64,000 nt of DNA from Takakia lepidozioides. Its lineage: Eukaryota; Plantae; Bryophyta. The notes under the pieces are model-generated. The model did no database searches, had not been told where the DNA came from, and was given only the letters and a program-made list of their open reading frames with translations. The DNA lies in assembly GCA_030704615.1 (NCBI GenBank), contig CM060733.1, positions 8,494,001-8,558,000 of the forward strand. The letters are read 5' to 3'. The position numbers were made by a program, and so were the translations under genes. Below are positions 40,001 to 53,975 of the stretch, in pieces (positions within the stretch are counted from its first letter, which is position 1; the number at the start of each line of letters is the position of its first letter).

Positions 40001-40998
40001 CAAGCAGCAAATACCAAGGGATATTCTCAGAGCAAGGGGGAGTTTGATGTGAGTCTCTAGGAGATGGGAGAAGCACATGGCTGAACTTGAGAAGCAAGAC
40101 TAAGAGGTTGCTATGATAATGGGAGTACTCCTTGGCAAGTAGCAAGAAGAATTATCTTGCTCAGACATTGCTTAAGGGTCTGGGTTTACAGAGATTGACA
40201 CCATTACCTGCCATACCAACGAAACTGTGTCTGCTTACAAAAACCCACTGCCATAATGGCTGAGAAAAGGACCTGGCACGGTCATTGGCTGATGCTGCTG
40301 CTTGGCCTGCAATCTGGCGCTTCCAAGCATATGGCACCAGGGCTCCATCAGGGGAGACAAAAGGCACTTGGAGATTCCATGACTGGTTTTCCTCAAACTG
40401 CTGCTGTGCCCCATTCAATACTCCCGAAGCCTCCAGCTCCTTCCCTGTGACAAACAAAACCACATAACAAGGCATAAATCATCCCATGAATCCAAATATT
40501 GTGCATTCACTACCAGCTCCCCCAGAGATCTTCTTTGGACCACTGACGGAGAGTTGCTAATTACAATGACAACCTAAAATGGCAAGCAAGGTCAAACTAT
40601 GACGCGGGCGAAGTTACACCTGACACATGTGCAGTGAAGATGGCAACCTGTTTTCCATGAGTCGAATGTTAAGATAGATAAACTCCTTCTACTACATATC
40701 TCTTGAATCACGAGCTTCTTGAGGCAACCCCAAACTGTGCTCACCATGAACATGTACCTGTGGCGCGAAGCTCGTCCAGAGACTTTTTCAGAGAATCACT
40801 GGCTTGTTGGACTGCATCACTGGCCTTCTTGTTCCCTGTCATTCTCCCCCGCACTCCCGCGGCATTCTCCAGGGCTTCCATAAGGAGGTCAGCACATGAC
40901 CGAGCATCAGCAATGTGGCGAACAGCTTTGCCCAGCCCTTCAAGACCATTAGCCAGCCGCCTTGGGGGGGCCTGATCATGCTCCTGCACACCCAGCAT
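37092..40998 (-). CDS. MED27: Mediator subunit 27
   Basis: Exons approx. 40998-40758, 40444-40273, 39400-38884, 38453-38394, 38110-38042, 37801-37758, 37263-37092. Motifs GKELEASGVL, PDGALVPYAWKRQIAGQAAASA.DR.RVALKAF.EQKRRFFP, FTKPC..C, LLLPPL.R, AYH.GC. Confidence 0.92.
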
Positions 40999-42318
40999 TG
41001 GTGGAGCCCTACAAGTACATTCACAGACAGCAGTGAGTGCCAAAAACTCATGTTCTTACTAATCATTTCTCTCCGAGAATGGACATGGTTTTGTATGCTG
41101 TCATTCCCACTGAAACTGGACCTCCCAGAGTCACTTATTGAGTACAGGGTTTAGGGTTTGACACTCTGCCTAAAGTTTTAATAGAGGCGCATTGCCTCGG
41201 TGAAAAAATCCCATTGTAAGGGGCAGAGTGCACTGGGCTGGCACTGAGCGCTAAAGACAAGAAGGTTGCATGGAGCACTTCAGTAGAAAGAAAGGAACTT
41301 CATTACATCCACAGGAAGCCAAAGAGCTTAGTCGACAAGAATGTATCGATAACAAGCTATCACTAAAACCATGCGTGCAAACAACCAAGGAATGTCAGTG
41401 TTTTCGCTGCTGCAACCCATATCTATGGCGTGGAACTAGCTGAGCCGGCCAGGGAAACAGGACAATGCGGAGAACCCCGACACCATGCAAATGTCGTAGC
41501 AAAATCAAGACACTCCCTGCTATCCAAAACAAAGAGGGACGCCACCATTGCTGCACAACAACTCACTATGTGGGAATCTCAGTATTTGTATAAGTGTCGG
41601 GACTCAACCAGGCTAGGTCTGGGCGTGATAACCTGATAATCTCCGAGCCATTGATGGAGAGGGGTTCGGGTTGATCCACAGCCGACGAGAACAATGGGGA
41701 GGCGCGCGGCCCTAGAAATCCAGTCGAGGGCGACGACAGAGCAGGACTTGGATGTTGCATTGTTCACAAACCCCCGAAAAGGAAGCAGGAGAAGATGCTG
41801 CAATTCGTCTTGCAACGTGACGCTTTCTCAACATCGAGTTGAAACCCACAACCCTAACATGTGATTCAACCCCATAAACCTCACGGATTGACACCCACGA
41901 ACCTGAACGTTGATGTGAGTAACAAAGATTCCAACCCGGGAAAATCTACCTTGAGCAATATCAATCGACATGCTCTTCCTGTTTGAACCTGGAAATCATG
42001 GGCTCTCCGGGTAACAAGGATTTCAATCTCTCAACATGCATGTGCAGGTGGAGTTGGCGACACTGAAAACCCCCCCAGAGAACAGTGTCATATACATTCC
42101 AGCTTCCGAGAGCCACCGAAGATAGTGCCTACAAAGTTTTCTTCCTACCTGACGCGATCAAGTAGTGAGATCTGTCCAGAAGTTGCTCATATGCTGCGGA
42201 TACACGGACAACATACGTTGGATATTCGTCCCGATTCTCGTAATGGTCCATTTGCCATCCATTGTTGCTTGCTAGGAAACTCGTTCGGTGGCCCTCACTC
42301 TTCTTCTGCAGCGCAAAG

Positions 42319-45300
42319 ATGGCAGCATGCACCAGCGCTCTCTTACGAGCGCAGGCAGCAGAGGCAATGCCCTCTTGTGCTTGCGGTGAACGGGCGGTAG
42401 GCGTCATATCATGGAACAGATTCACGGGCCAGGCTGTGGAGCTGAAATGGGCATCCAGCGTGACAATGCCGGGTCCAAGAGCCTTGCAAGTGATGGCTTT
42501 GACACCTCCCCAGCCTCCAGGGACACCGAAGAAAGGTGCACATCTGACTCCTTGCATATTTGTTTGAGTTTCTGGACAGTGTCCGTCGAAGGATCCAGGC
42601 TCTATCTCAACTACTATTTATTTCAAAATTTCGAATCCTGATCATGCAGCGATGTCAATGTAATTTCTATTTGCATCAGCTCCTTTAGTGTTTCTTTGAA
42701 ATTCCTGAAACTTATGTGACCATTTCCACCCTCCCCCAACCATTACTTGGTGTGTGTGAGTCAGTCTTTCAATTCCGTTATCGTCCTCTGATGAGCTTCT
42801 GGCAGGGTCCTGTCTGAGGCGTATGCCGAGTGCGTTAGTGGAGTGTGCAAGACTGCCAGCCAGTTTAGTGATGTGTGCAGCGAATGGCAAATCCAGAGGC
42901 ACGCCCTTACTGGAGAAAAAAAGACGACCATCAGCTGGAAAGGCCACGAAGAACAAAGACGGTAGACAGAGATTTGAGGAGTTTGTCGTGGGTAGAGATG
43001 CCAGCCCCATGTCAGTCATTGCTCTGCAACCCAGAGAAGAGTATTCTCCTCAGATCACCATGAACTCGAAAGATGTTCAACAACAGTTTCTGATTTCCCA
43101 GGAGGATTTTTCACAATCTTACCGGTCACAGGTGATTCTCAACTTTGAGGTTGTTTCAGCGGAAGAGTCCAGCTCGCAAGAGAGTTATGACCAGCTTAGC
43201 ATTGAAAATTTGAGAGATATGCAGCAATAATTGTGCACTATTTTCTGAAATTTCACCAGTCCAAGCTCTGCAGGTCATGGCTGACAACAAGAGCACTGAA
43301 GAAGAAGCCATGGACTGCGAGGGTTCAGCCGATGAGGCTGTAGTTCAATGTGGAACAGGTGAAGAAGATGAAGAGGTTGGCGAGTGGGAGGAAGTAGAGG
43401 AATGGGGAGATGATGCAGAAGGAGAGGAGAGAGTGGAGGTCTGGGAAGGGGACCTGGGTCCCATGACCCCCGAAGAGGAGGCAGAGCTTTTGAAAGAGGC
43501 TGAGCTTGAAATCAGAGAACTGGAAAGAGTTAAGAACTCCTCGAAGACAAGCTTGGACCTGTGTGGGGATTCTGATGAGGAAACTGAAGGGAGTAAAAGT
43601 TCGTGGGGTTTGAGTAGTCGCATTGGCATGGAGCAGGAGCTGGCCAAGTTGAAGAGCCAAGTGAAAGACCTTGAGATTCACTTGATGGAGGAAACTAAGA
43701 TAGCAAGTGGCAGAGGGGACAGAATTGTTGCACCTCATGATGATCTTGAAGAGGGCCTTGGATCTAGCGCACACATCGCAGCTGGAGAGACAGAAAGGAA
43801 TGAGGCTGGATCATTGGCTGGAGAGTCGTTTATGGAGTTTTACAATAAAACTCAGGAAACTGCGATTAAAGTCAAGAAGCTGAAGAAGATAGAGGAGGCA
43901 GATGAGATGGAAAGTGTGTGGGAGCATGGTGCGGCGCCACGGAAGAGGGTTGGAATGTTCAGCAAGTCTCACAGTCAAGAAGAGGATGATTCAGATGTAA
44001 CTGAAATGGAGAAGAAGAGACTGCCAGCAGTGATGCGATGCTTTGATAGAGCTAAGATATACGTGAAGGCTGGGGATGGAGGAAATGGTGTGGTGGCTTT
44101 CAGGAGGGAGAAGTATGTGCCCTATGGGGGTCCATCGGGGGGTAGTGGTGGCAGGGGAGGAAACGTGTACATCGAGCCTGTTGTCGAGATGAATTCACTT
44201 CTACCCTTTCGCAGAAATGTGCACTTCAGGGCTGGTCGAGGTAGTCATGGACAGGGCAAAAGCAGGGAGGGCCACATGGGGACCGATTGTGTTATCAAGG
44301 TACCTCCTGGTACTGTAGTGAGAGAGGCAGACGGGCAGGGAGTGGGGGGCAATGGAGATGTTCTGCTGGAATTAACCACTCCAGGGAAGCAGGAGCTGCT
44401 GCTGCCGGGAGGTCGGGGTGGGCGAGGCAACACTGCCTTCAAAACTGGTCGCAACAAGACTCCTCAGATGGCCGAAAATGGCGAAGAGGGCGCAGAAATG
44501 TCTCTCTTTCCTTCTTCCTATTTTCCTGCTAGCTCTTCCCCAATTTCCCTTATCCTTGCTGATTTAGTGAGGGTGCTCTGTCCTTATCCAATGCCAGCAC
44601 TAGTGCTTGAAGAATGGCCAAGGGGCTTTTCCTATCAATCCCCTTGGGCTTTGTTTTGCCTGTCACTCTCCTATCCACAAAGCATGGTTGTCTTCTCATA
44701 GTATGCATGTTGGCTTGAAAGAAAGATTGCAAGCTACGGTTGAGTTAATCAAGATCTATCTCAATACATATGGTGAGATTGTGAACACAGTTCCTTGTTG
44801 CTTTGAGGAATGGAGGTTCTGGCTAAGTTTTGTGGAGTTTGCAGGTTGTCAAATTTTGAAGTACGGGATATGGCTAAAGTGACAGGGATTGACTGGACTT
44901 GCAGGTGGGTGGAATTGGAGCTGAAGCTGGTTGCAGATGTGGGCATAGTGGGCGTTCCAAATGCTGGCAAGAGCACACTTTTGAGTGCCATCAGTGCTGC
45001 GCGCCCTGAAATTGCCAGCTATCCCTTCACTACACTGCTGCCCAACTTAGGGGTCGTGGCATTGGATTTTGACACATCAATGGTGGTGGCTGATCTACCC
45101 GGCCTGCTAGAAGGGGCACATGAGGGCTTTGGGTTGGGCCATGAGTTCCTCCGTCACACAGAGCGTTGCCGTGTCCTAGTAAGGCTTTGACCATGTATCA
45201 ATGAGGTTGCATGCCCTACTTGGTTGACTTTGTGAGTGGTTCATGATGTTGTCTGAAAGACTTTGAGGCACCCTGCAACACTAGTATAATGTTGCCAGTG

Positions 45301-46290
45301 AGTTCTCCCATAGATGTCTAGCTGTTGTAGACTGGAGGCTGCACAACTCGGTTGTTGCAAAAGGTCTTGAGAATGTCACCATCAAGATGTAAATTAGGCA
45401 ATTCAAATCTACCGAGTGGTATCCATCCTGTGCTTGTGTGCTGCAGCTGTTACAAATCTAAAATCAGGCATAGGGCCATGCAAGCAGGTGCAGGTGGTGG
45501 ACGGTACAAGTGTGCAAGCTGTTCAGGAGTATGAAGCAGTGCGCTTGGAGCTGCAGCTCTTTAACGCCAACTTGGCAGTTAAACCACACGTAGTGGCTTA
45601 CAACAAGATGGATATCCCAGAGGCAGCAGATCGCTGGCCCATGTTTCAAGAGACATTGAGATCACAAGGGGTAGAATCATTCTGCATGAGTGCCGCCACA
45701 AAGCAGGGAACTTTGGCTGTGGTTCATGCAGCTTATGACCTTCTCCAATACCAGCTATCTTCATCCGCCGCAGCTGGTTAGCCTTGCACTCTCTGTTGTC
45801 TAAGCCACTGGCTTCTTTTGTAGGTGCCTCATATGGAAGACTACTGCATTGTGTGAATGTAACACTTTGGTGAGGAAGGTCAGGTTGGCCCCAGTTGAGT
45901 TGATTGTCAGAATATTGTAAGTAGAATACTCGTAGGTGAATATACTCAAGGGAGGGAATGTGGGCATATACTGGGATGGAGCTGAAAGTCCACCTTCTTG
46001 CGTAAAATGAGCTCTCTGCGATCACACAGTTTTCCTATCTCTGTTTCTGCAAGGCCCCACCTCCACTCCCAGTCCCATGTTTTTGCCACTCGTTATCATA
46101 CCTGTTTGTTCTTCTGTGGATGTGGCAGGAGAGGAGGCCAAAGATGAAGTTTTGGAAGTAGGGGAGGTTGTTAAAAGGCAGCGAGATGCCCCCATTGAGG
46201 AGTTCACGGTATCTTGTGATAAGCACACCCGGACTTGGCAAGTCCTTGGCGCAGGCTTGGAACGCTTCACCCAAATGACAAACTGGGAGT

Positions 46291-46329
<39 letters not shown>

Positions 46330-47772
46330 CTCTGCTCTTCAATGTTTTCATCAATCAACTCCTCGAGGATGTGGAAAGTGAGGGATTTGGGTTAAGGGTG
46401 GGTGTTACCACCATACCAGCCCTTATGTTTGCGGATGACTTCGCAGGCATAGGGGAGACTCCAACCAATCTCCAGGAGTTGATTGATTGCGCGAAGAGAT
46501 ACTTTGATCTTTGGGGGCTAGAGGCTAATGTCAGCAAATGTGCAGTGGTAGCATTCAACTATAGAGGAGAGGGAGGAAGTGATCTTAAGTGGCAGTGGGG
46601 TAGCCAAGAGATCCCGGTCCTCCCTTCCTACACTTACCTGGGCGTTGAGTTCTCCTCCAATTGTAATTGGGATGCACATATCCGGAAAGTTGTTCAAACT
46701 GGCAAGGGCAAAGCTCTGGGGCTCACTAAATTTTTCCACTGCAGAGGGGTCAACTCTGAGGTTAAGAAAACCATGCTTTGTCGCGTTATTAGACCTGCCT
46801 TGGAGTACGGATCTGCTATATGGGTTGATAACTCCAACCAGGCTAAGTCTCTAGAATCCATTCAAGTGGGGGTGCTTAAGGAGTGTATGTCAGCATGCTC
46901 CAAAACAGCCAATGTGGCTGTTTGGGGTGAGTTTGGCATTCCGTCCTTAAGCTCCCGACGAGATGAATTCAAGGTCAGATGGTGGGGTCAGCTGCAACAT
47001 ATGCCCAACACCAGATATCCTAAATTAATCGACTCTATATCTTGGAAACAGGACCGCCCTGTCAAACAGGCTAAGTCCTGGCAGAAGAGAGTAGAAGAGA
47101 TCCTCCAGGACCTGGACCTGGATCCGCAAGTCTTGACCCTGCTGGATAAATCTGACTTAGAGGCTGTAGTGTCCTCAGCCATGTCTGTTGCCATGAGATT
47201 GTCTGATGAAAATGAAGTTAGGCAGAAAACTTCCCTGAACTTGTTTCCAGTCTGTGACATGGGGGAGGACATCTTGGATGACCTCAAGGATCTACCCACT
47301 CTCGGCACTAGACTGAAATTTAAACTCAGGGCAGGAAGCCTACCTTTGAACAGCAAACAGAAGCAGAGAGGAAAGGGAGAGTGCAATTGCCCGTTGTGTG
47401 GGCAATCTGAAGACAGTATTCATTTTCTGATACACTGTCCGGGGTTCTCTCACCAAAGAGACGCTCTCTTCAAATCTATTAAGGGAATTGTGCCTGTACC
47501 CCTGTTTACCAACTTTGAAAGTCTCGAGGCTTAGCCAAAAGCCCAGGCCCTCCTGAGGCCTAGTTTTTGGGCAAATCACACACAGCAGATTGATGCTTGT
47601 GTGAAGGGATTTCTAGAGGATATCTGGAAAACCCGGATTAATTCTTTATATGGAGGTAAGTCTTACTACCAACGTCAGCCCCTGACAGAGGTAGGTTCTG
47701 TCCCTTTTGTTCCCGCTCAAACTGGGCGCGGGGTCAATGGCCACAAGGCTACGGCAAACAACTTCTTATGAG

Positions 47773-47814
<42 letters not shown>

Positions 47815-49011
47815 CTCTCTCGCGTGTTCCGCTCAAACTGGGTGTGGGGTCAATGGCCACAAGGCTACGGCAAACAATGTCTTATGAGTATATTCTGTCT
47901 GTCTCTTGTTCTACAGTGTGAGTCCCAGTCTTTTTACTTAGGTCCAAGTTGATTTGTTATGAATACCTGATAGTTTTAATTAGGCATAAACTTCGTATAG
48001 GTAAGCAGACGCTTTTCACCATTTCTCCTCTCCCTTGCTTTTGGCTTTCGTGGATGATCTTCGTTTGTTTCATGCTGAAATGAATCACATGCTCCCCCTT
48101 CCTTAAAGGTAGACTTTGCTCTTCAATCCTGAAACAAAATTAGGTTGTTTCAGCACTGAATCGTAGGACTGCTTGTTTATATAGCTGCTTGGGACTTCTG
48201 GTGAAGGTTGTGGAGGAAATTTGATTGGAGGACTAAAAAGGATTGGGGATGGTCATCAGGTATTTTGAGGCAGTGCGAAGGTTCCAGCATGTCTTAAGTG
48301 CTAGCGGTGTGAACAGGACACTTCGGGAACAAGGAATTCGTGAAGGTGACACTGTCGTTGTGGGACAGGTACTGTGCTTTTTGCTTCATTGTTAGTAGTT
48401 ATGTCCTAGGGAAGCAGCTAGTCATACAAGGCTGTTTGGCCTTTCACTCTACCAACTGTAAGCTGCAAGGCAAACTTATATATTCACTTTCATGTATCAA
48501 GAGGAGACCCAGTCAACAGGAGGTAGGAGGAAGGTGTCTTGGTTGTTAGGACAGGACCAAGATTTCCTAGTACCGTGTAAGTCAACAGAGCATTTGTAAA
48601 TTTGGTCAAGGTTGGATCCTGGCTGAAGGCAGCCTGTCAAATAAGGCTGAATCCAGTCCAAGCTCCATTATGCACTTCCAGTTTTCTGGAGATGCCCCAC
48701 ATGTGGACCTTGACAATCCAGAAGACCTAGTGTGTTGTAGATAGCGGTCTATTAGACTCCGCCTCAAGCTAGAGACCATGTTGTCATGACACCTGTTGTT
48801 GTGTATGTGTTGAGTGACTATGTTACTAACCTGATCAGACTTGGTCTGACCGGGAAACATATTTTTCAGTGACCTTATATGGTTAATGGTATAAATTTTG
48901 TCATATGATCTTTTTTTGCAGATGGAGTTCAACTGGATGGACTCGGATGATATGGCAAACTTGGGAGATTGGAAAAGGTCACCTCGAGGTTCAAAAGTGT
49001 GGCCCCATTGA
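42319..49011 (+). CDS. OBGC: Plastid Obg/CgtA GTPase (OBGC/CPSAR1-like)
   Basis: Exons approx. 42319-42385, 42806-43131, 43274-44499, 44905-45178, 45488-45776, 46129-46288, 48260-48368, 48922-49011. [16 protein letters not shown] Obg fold, [30 protein letters not shown] domain ([17 protein letters not shown]); transit-peptide-like N-terminus. Confidence 0.95.
46322..47776 (+). mobile_element. RTE-X-like LINE, 5'-truncated within RT, flanked by (CT)n on both sides
   Basis: [46 protein letters not shown]; premature TAG at 47532-47534; longest copy in window; inside an OBGC intron. Confidence 0.92.
47828..47893 (+). mobile_element. About 65-bp 3'-terminal copy of the same LINE
   Basis: ccgctcaaactggg..ggggtcaatggccacaaggctacggcaaac..cttatgagta directly after the (CT)n tail. 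Confidence 0.85.
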
Positions 49012-50620
49012 TGCGAAGATTAGTTATTCATCATTATCACAGAAAGGTTTTCTTCCATGAATATAGGTGACCTTGTAAAACATCTACAATTTGGTAACTG
49101 TACTTTCTTGCTGGCAAGTACTGTTTAACAAATTGAATTAGAAGTGGCCATGCATGCATTGTACTCTTGAGGTTATTTGATGAGTTGCAAGAATATTTAG
49201 CAAACAACTGAAAGTTCTACACTCCCATCATCTGTCCATTTCTGCTTTCATTCAGCTATGGGAGAGCGACATCCAGTGCTAGAGTTGGAGCAAACCAAGA
49301 ATGCAGTCACAAAGGGACCATTTTTCCTGCTCAAAAGAAGAACAACAACAAGTACTTGTTTTCTCAGTCAGATGGACTGTTGATGGGGCTGTACAAGGTG
49401 CAATTTTGCTGTAACTAGAAAGAATGTCTCTAGTCAAGAAATAGGCACATCTTCGCATCTTGTTCGTAAAGTATTGTTCTAGTACCAGACTGTATGTCTT
49501 TGCAGTCTGTGATAACATGTTGATGCAAAGATTGAGAATATTGATCACCATTTACGGCCTGACATCCTACAAAATAGCAAGTAGGACTACCTTACCACAA
49601 TACCTTGAGAAAACCATGTGGTACCTGCTAATCAGGGTTTGCTTGCTGTTTGCCAGCAGCTTTACACAGGTGCTATGGCAGTTTTGAATCTAGACTCATA
49701 ACCTGTTAAGAGTAAACCGACAAACACCTTTGTGAACCACCTGTGTGATAGGTGGGGACGGATCCAGGAATCCCAAATCCAGCTCTTTTTGTTGAATCCT
49801 TCTCATGGGGTTTGGGGACAACAAAAAGGACTCACACTCCGTACTCTAGTTACTCTAGTTTTGGTTCTCAGTAAGCCATCATGTAAACCATGATATGTTT
49901 TCGAAGTGTTGCCAGGCCATTTACAAATGCAAGGGTACCATTTCAATCTCAGGTGCATGTACACACTACCATCACCAATATCCTTTAGAGCACCTTGTCT
50001 ACAAACATATTCTACAGTTCCCTGCTGCTTGGATTTGCTCCACACGAGTAACTGCACTTGCGTGAGACAAACTGGCTGCATCTCAAAAGTCACCTAGGAC
50101 AGTGCCAATCCATAGAAGACCAACCTAATCCTAATCCTGACCCAATTTCCACTATAACTTGAAATTGTCACCACGAGCTACAGCTCTAGTGGAAGGAATC
50201 TAAGAATACACTCAAATCATACATGAGCCCAACTACGGTTGTCCAGCGCAAGCAGCTTCCACATGACTGCAACTAGGAGGCAGCCAGCCGCCGCTTGTTG
50301 GAGGACTATGTGACCTGAGTTTGTGGCATTAAATTACAACACCCCTACATCTGATTGGGGTTCACAAAGCCATATCTATGTAAAATCAAACCCCCCTTCA
50401 TGTAGTCCTCATCTCACCCATTATTAGCTTGGATAACAGGCCTTATCGGTTCAGCAAGCGGAGGTGGCAACACTCAACCATGCTCGCCGAGGTCCCTGCT
50501 TAACCACCAGCTGCGCAACCGGTCGAGTGTTACCCTACACATAGTGGAAAGGCTATAACCTGCAGAATTGGGAGCCTGTAGATGTACAACCAGGAGCCCA
50601 TTTCGCACAATGATGGGGTC

Positions 50621-52865
50621 TTAAACGTAGTTCAAAGAAACCCCACCACCGGGCATCAAAAATGTTTGCTCTGGAATACCGTAACCTCCAATCACCAAGA
50701 TACTACCCTTGTGCAACTCTTTGATTTGACGCAGTGATGAGATCCCACGTTGCTCCCCTGCAACAAGCACAACTCTCTGACACAGCTTGGTGACTAGATG
50801 GCTTGGCCGGATGACAATGCCATCCAAGAGAAGCCCACTGCTCCAGATTCCAGCATGCAATTCTGTCATCGAAAATTGCAGCTCCAGAGCTCTATCCTCA
50901 TGTTCTATGGTGAACTCACCCCCATCAAATTCAAGCCACTTGCGGCTCCCCCGCAACAGAGGGAGGCCTTGAAGTTTGTTAGTGCAATTGAGGTATTGTT
51001 GTGAGATGACGCGCTGTCCGTCGTCTGTAGAGAGGCGGAATACCACAGGCTTTGTGTGTTCTAATGTGTATGCTGTCAAGGGTAAGCGTCTCTCTCTTGA
51101 CACGGGCTGGACTCCTGCGAGCTGCAGCCTCCATGACAGTGTGTAACTGCCTCGCGGAAGAGAGCACTTGAAGTGACCACTCACTTTGACCAGTACTGCA
51201 GCCTTTGAGTACGCTACCTCTGCAAATCTGCACTCAGAGAACTTACCTCAGCTGGCCTACCAAAAGAAGCACATTTAACACCCCCTCCCTGCCTTTGCAA
51301 GAGCTATGACAGTCCAACAACAAAAAACTGTTACCCAGAGCTGCATATCCTGCTCCAGGCTTGTGCATAGTATAATGGAAGGGAATATTACATTTGACGA
51401 CATTCTCTCAATATGTCCCCCTGTGCATTCTCTCAAGTCATTCTCTGACCAACTAGTGTGGTCTATGATGCCCCACCTCCCTGGGCCTTTTCTTTCTGTC
51501 TTATGAGCAACTTTGTCTTCTGGCATTGCTTAATTTTTCCTTAAGTGGATTTTTGGTGTTTTTGTGTCCCATGGGCCCTTGGGGGTCCCTCTGAGGCATT
51601 AGAGTTTCTGTCTCTCTCCCTCTCCCCCTCTTAGTCTTTGGATTTGGCTCTCAGCTTTCAGGACCCAAAGGGTCTGGTAGCTTACCTGCACAAGGGACTT
51701 GTCTTGGGGCATCGCTGGTGTTTATTGAAGTGATTTCTTGCTGTTCTACTCGTCCCATGGCCCTTGATGGACACTAAAATGTGTGTTTCTTTCTCTCTTC
51801 CTCTCTTTCTCCCTCTCTCCCTCCTCATCTAGTTTTCCACTCAACTTAATTCCGAAAGAAACTATGTAAGTCAGCTCATCTTTGGCTGTCTGTTTGTCTG
51901 AAAGCAGAACCCCACTTTTACCAGTTGACAGACCTGGAGTCCATCTTATGGGGGAGCCATTCCCAGTAGTGCACATCGTCGCCCTTACAGATGGTAAGGT
52001 TTTTTGCTGAAACACACCAGCAAACTCCTCCTGTCGGGCGGTCCAGCCAGTATCCCTGCTCATCATGCAACTGAATTTGTCCTTAATGGGCCAAAGAGGA
52101 GATAGCAATAATACCTACTCAACGAGTACAACTCTAAGGATCAAAACACCAAGGCATTGCCATTACTAGTTTCCACAGACGTACACTTATATCTATCCGA
52201 TTCAACTTAAAGTTCACTGCAATTGTAGCTGCTCGAAACTACACAAAAAAGGAAAAAATAAGTTCGACGTCCATAAAGAGCAGTATGGGACACGGCGTAA
52301 AACAAAGATGTTCTAATTCTTGCTTTGACCCTGTACAAGGACGATTATTCAGGCTAGAGGGAGAGAGAACCTCAGCGCCATTGTGCAGTGGGATTTGTCG
52401 GCACAGGAGATGATAGAGCTCCCTCTTTGAACTAAAATGCGGCAACGCCCTGTAATTAGCGGCAAGAGCTAAGATATCAGGGTAATTGGATGGAAGCATG
52501 AGCTCCCACACCACGTCCGAGCGAGAAGCTTCCCAAAATGTCCGATTGACTAGGGCGAGTTTCACTACATCCCGCGGAGAAGTGTGGGCCAATATGAGCG
52601 CTACACAAATCTCCGGTAAGTTTCCTAACCCTCTTGACACTTCGCCATCATCCAAACAAACTCCTGCACAGTCCTCATAATCGTCATCACGGAGCACCCC
52701 TTCATCCTCATCACTGGCATCCCCTTCATAATCCCCTGTGCCCGTTTCTTGCTCCACCTCCATCCCCGTTCCAGAGAAGCTTCCTACCATCCTGTAATTT
52801 TTCTCCCTTGACACGATTACCACCCTACAAATTCCACTCCGCATGTATCCCATCAAGGCTCGCAT
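50621..52865 (-). CDS. F-box / phloem protein 2 (PP2)-domain protein, 3 exons; start codon uncertain
   Basis: Exons ..52371, 52055-51934, 51227-50621. LGNLPEICVALIL F-box; YWLDR.TG..C..SAK.L.I..GDD..YW; W.EFDGGEF; W.SGLLLDGIVIRP. Confidence 0.88.
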
Positions 52866-53344
52866 ATCGTCTCTTCCTCCTTTGTCCCGATACTGACTTG
52901 CATATGAGTTGTCCTGAATTACACCCTCCTACCTCACCTGTCATCATTGAGACCCCTCCTTGCAATCACGGCAGCTTACCACATCACCTCCCTGCTGAAA
53001 TGCACTAGCTCAACGTTCACGTAAAAGGCAACTCTTTTTCAAAATCTTCAGCTGTCAACCCTCCAATCTCTTTCTCCTCCATTGCAAGCCTCATTCCTCT
53101 CAGATCTCCCTCCTCTACTCTACTCTGCTCTACTCTCCTCTCGCAGCAATCCTTCCTTCCCTCCTCTGGGGTGCCCTGCTTCGCAGTCTGCAAATCCCTG
53201 TTGCGTGTTGCGTGTGGACCCGTCTCGCCTCTCCTCTACGTGTTCACAACGCACGACATTGTTCATGCAAAATCAAAATAAATCAAAATATGTGTGTTAA
53301 TTACATTTGCAGAGCAAAATCTAGGATAGAATATTTGTCCACCT

Positions 53345-53520
53345 GTCGGAAGCTCAGATGGATAGCACTGAGTGCCCCCCACAGGTGATTCGGAGTTCAA
53401 ATCCTGCTACCTTATCTGGGCTTTAGGTCTGGGGTTCAATCTCCGGTATACCTCATGGCTCGTAAATGTAAGGGGGTTATAGTTAGATGCCAGCTAGAGC
53501 CAGAATTACAGTGCTCATTG
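53345..53520 (+). mobile_element. tRNA-derived SINE-like sequence
   Basis: A-box AGCTCAGATGG (53351), B-box GGAGTTCAAATCC (53392); related ggttcagatcctgctacctt at about 25053; no full cloverleaf. Confidence 0.55.
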
Positions 53521-53686
53521 AAGGCCACGTAGACAAGTTCAGCTAAGCTTCAAAGCAGAGATTTCTTTAAATATTTTGAACTGTTTAATGACAAATGGTT
53601 TTTTTGGGAAATTGACATAGGCCTGGAATAGGACCATTTATAGTTTTCTGAAAATGCGGTTCTTGTACTTTTCTTTTTCTTTCTCA

Positions 53687-53975
53687 ATATGTAGAGCAGT
53701 TTCATTCGGGCCCTGATTCTAGAGTGGTCCAGGAATTACTGTGTCCCAGGAATTAGAGTGGGGCGCTTATGTAGTAAGGCCACCCGTATTAAGGAATGAG
53801 ATGAGGGGGTCCAAAAAAAAAAGGGAGGAATTGGCCAAATTTAGAATAGGGAGTCTTGTAGGGTTGCCATGTGTCCAGGCTTTCTAGAAGGTACCTGGGT
53901 CGGCGGGCTTCTAGAAGGGTCCCACCGCCCTGAGAGGCTATATAAGGGAGGCCCTCCCCTCTTACGACCTACTAA
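53687..53975 (+). repeat. Dispersed repeat copy; empty site for the 26269-26887 MITE
   Basis: Matches 25962-26268 and continues as 26897 onward with a single CTCTTACGA. Confidence 0.8.

Noticed and set aside
53345-53420. tRNA gene
   Set aside because: A/B boxes are present but no convincing acceptor or anticodon stems; treated as SINE-like.
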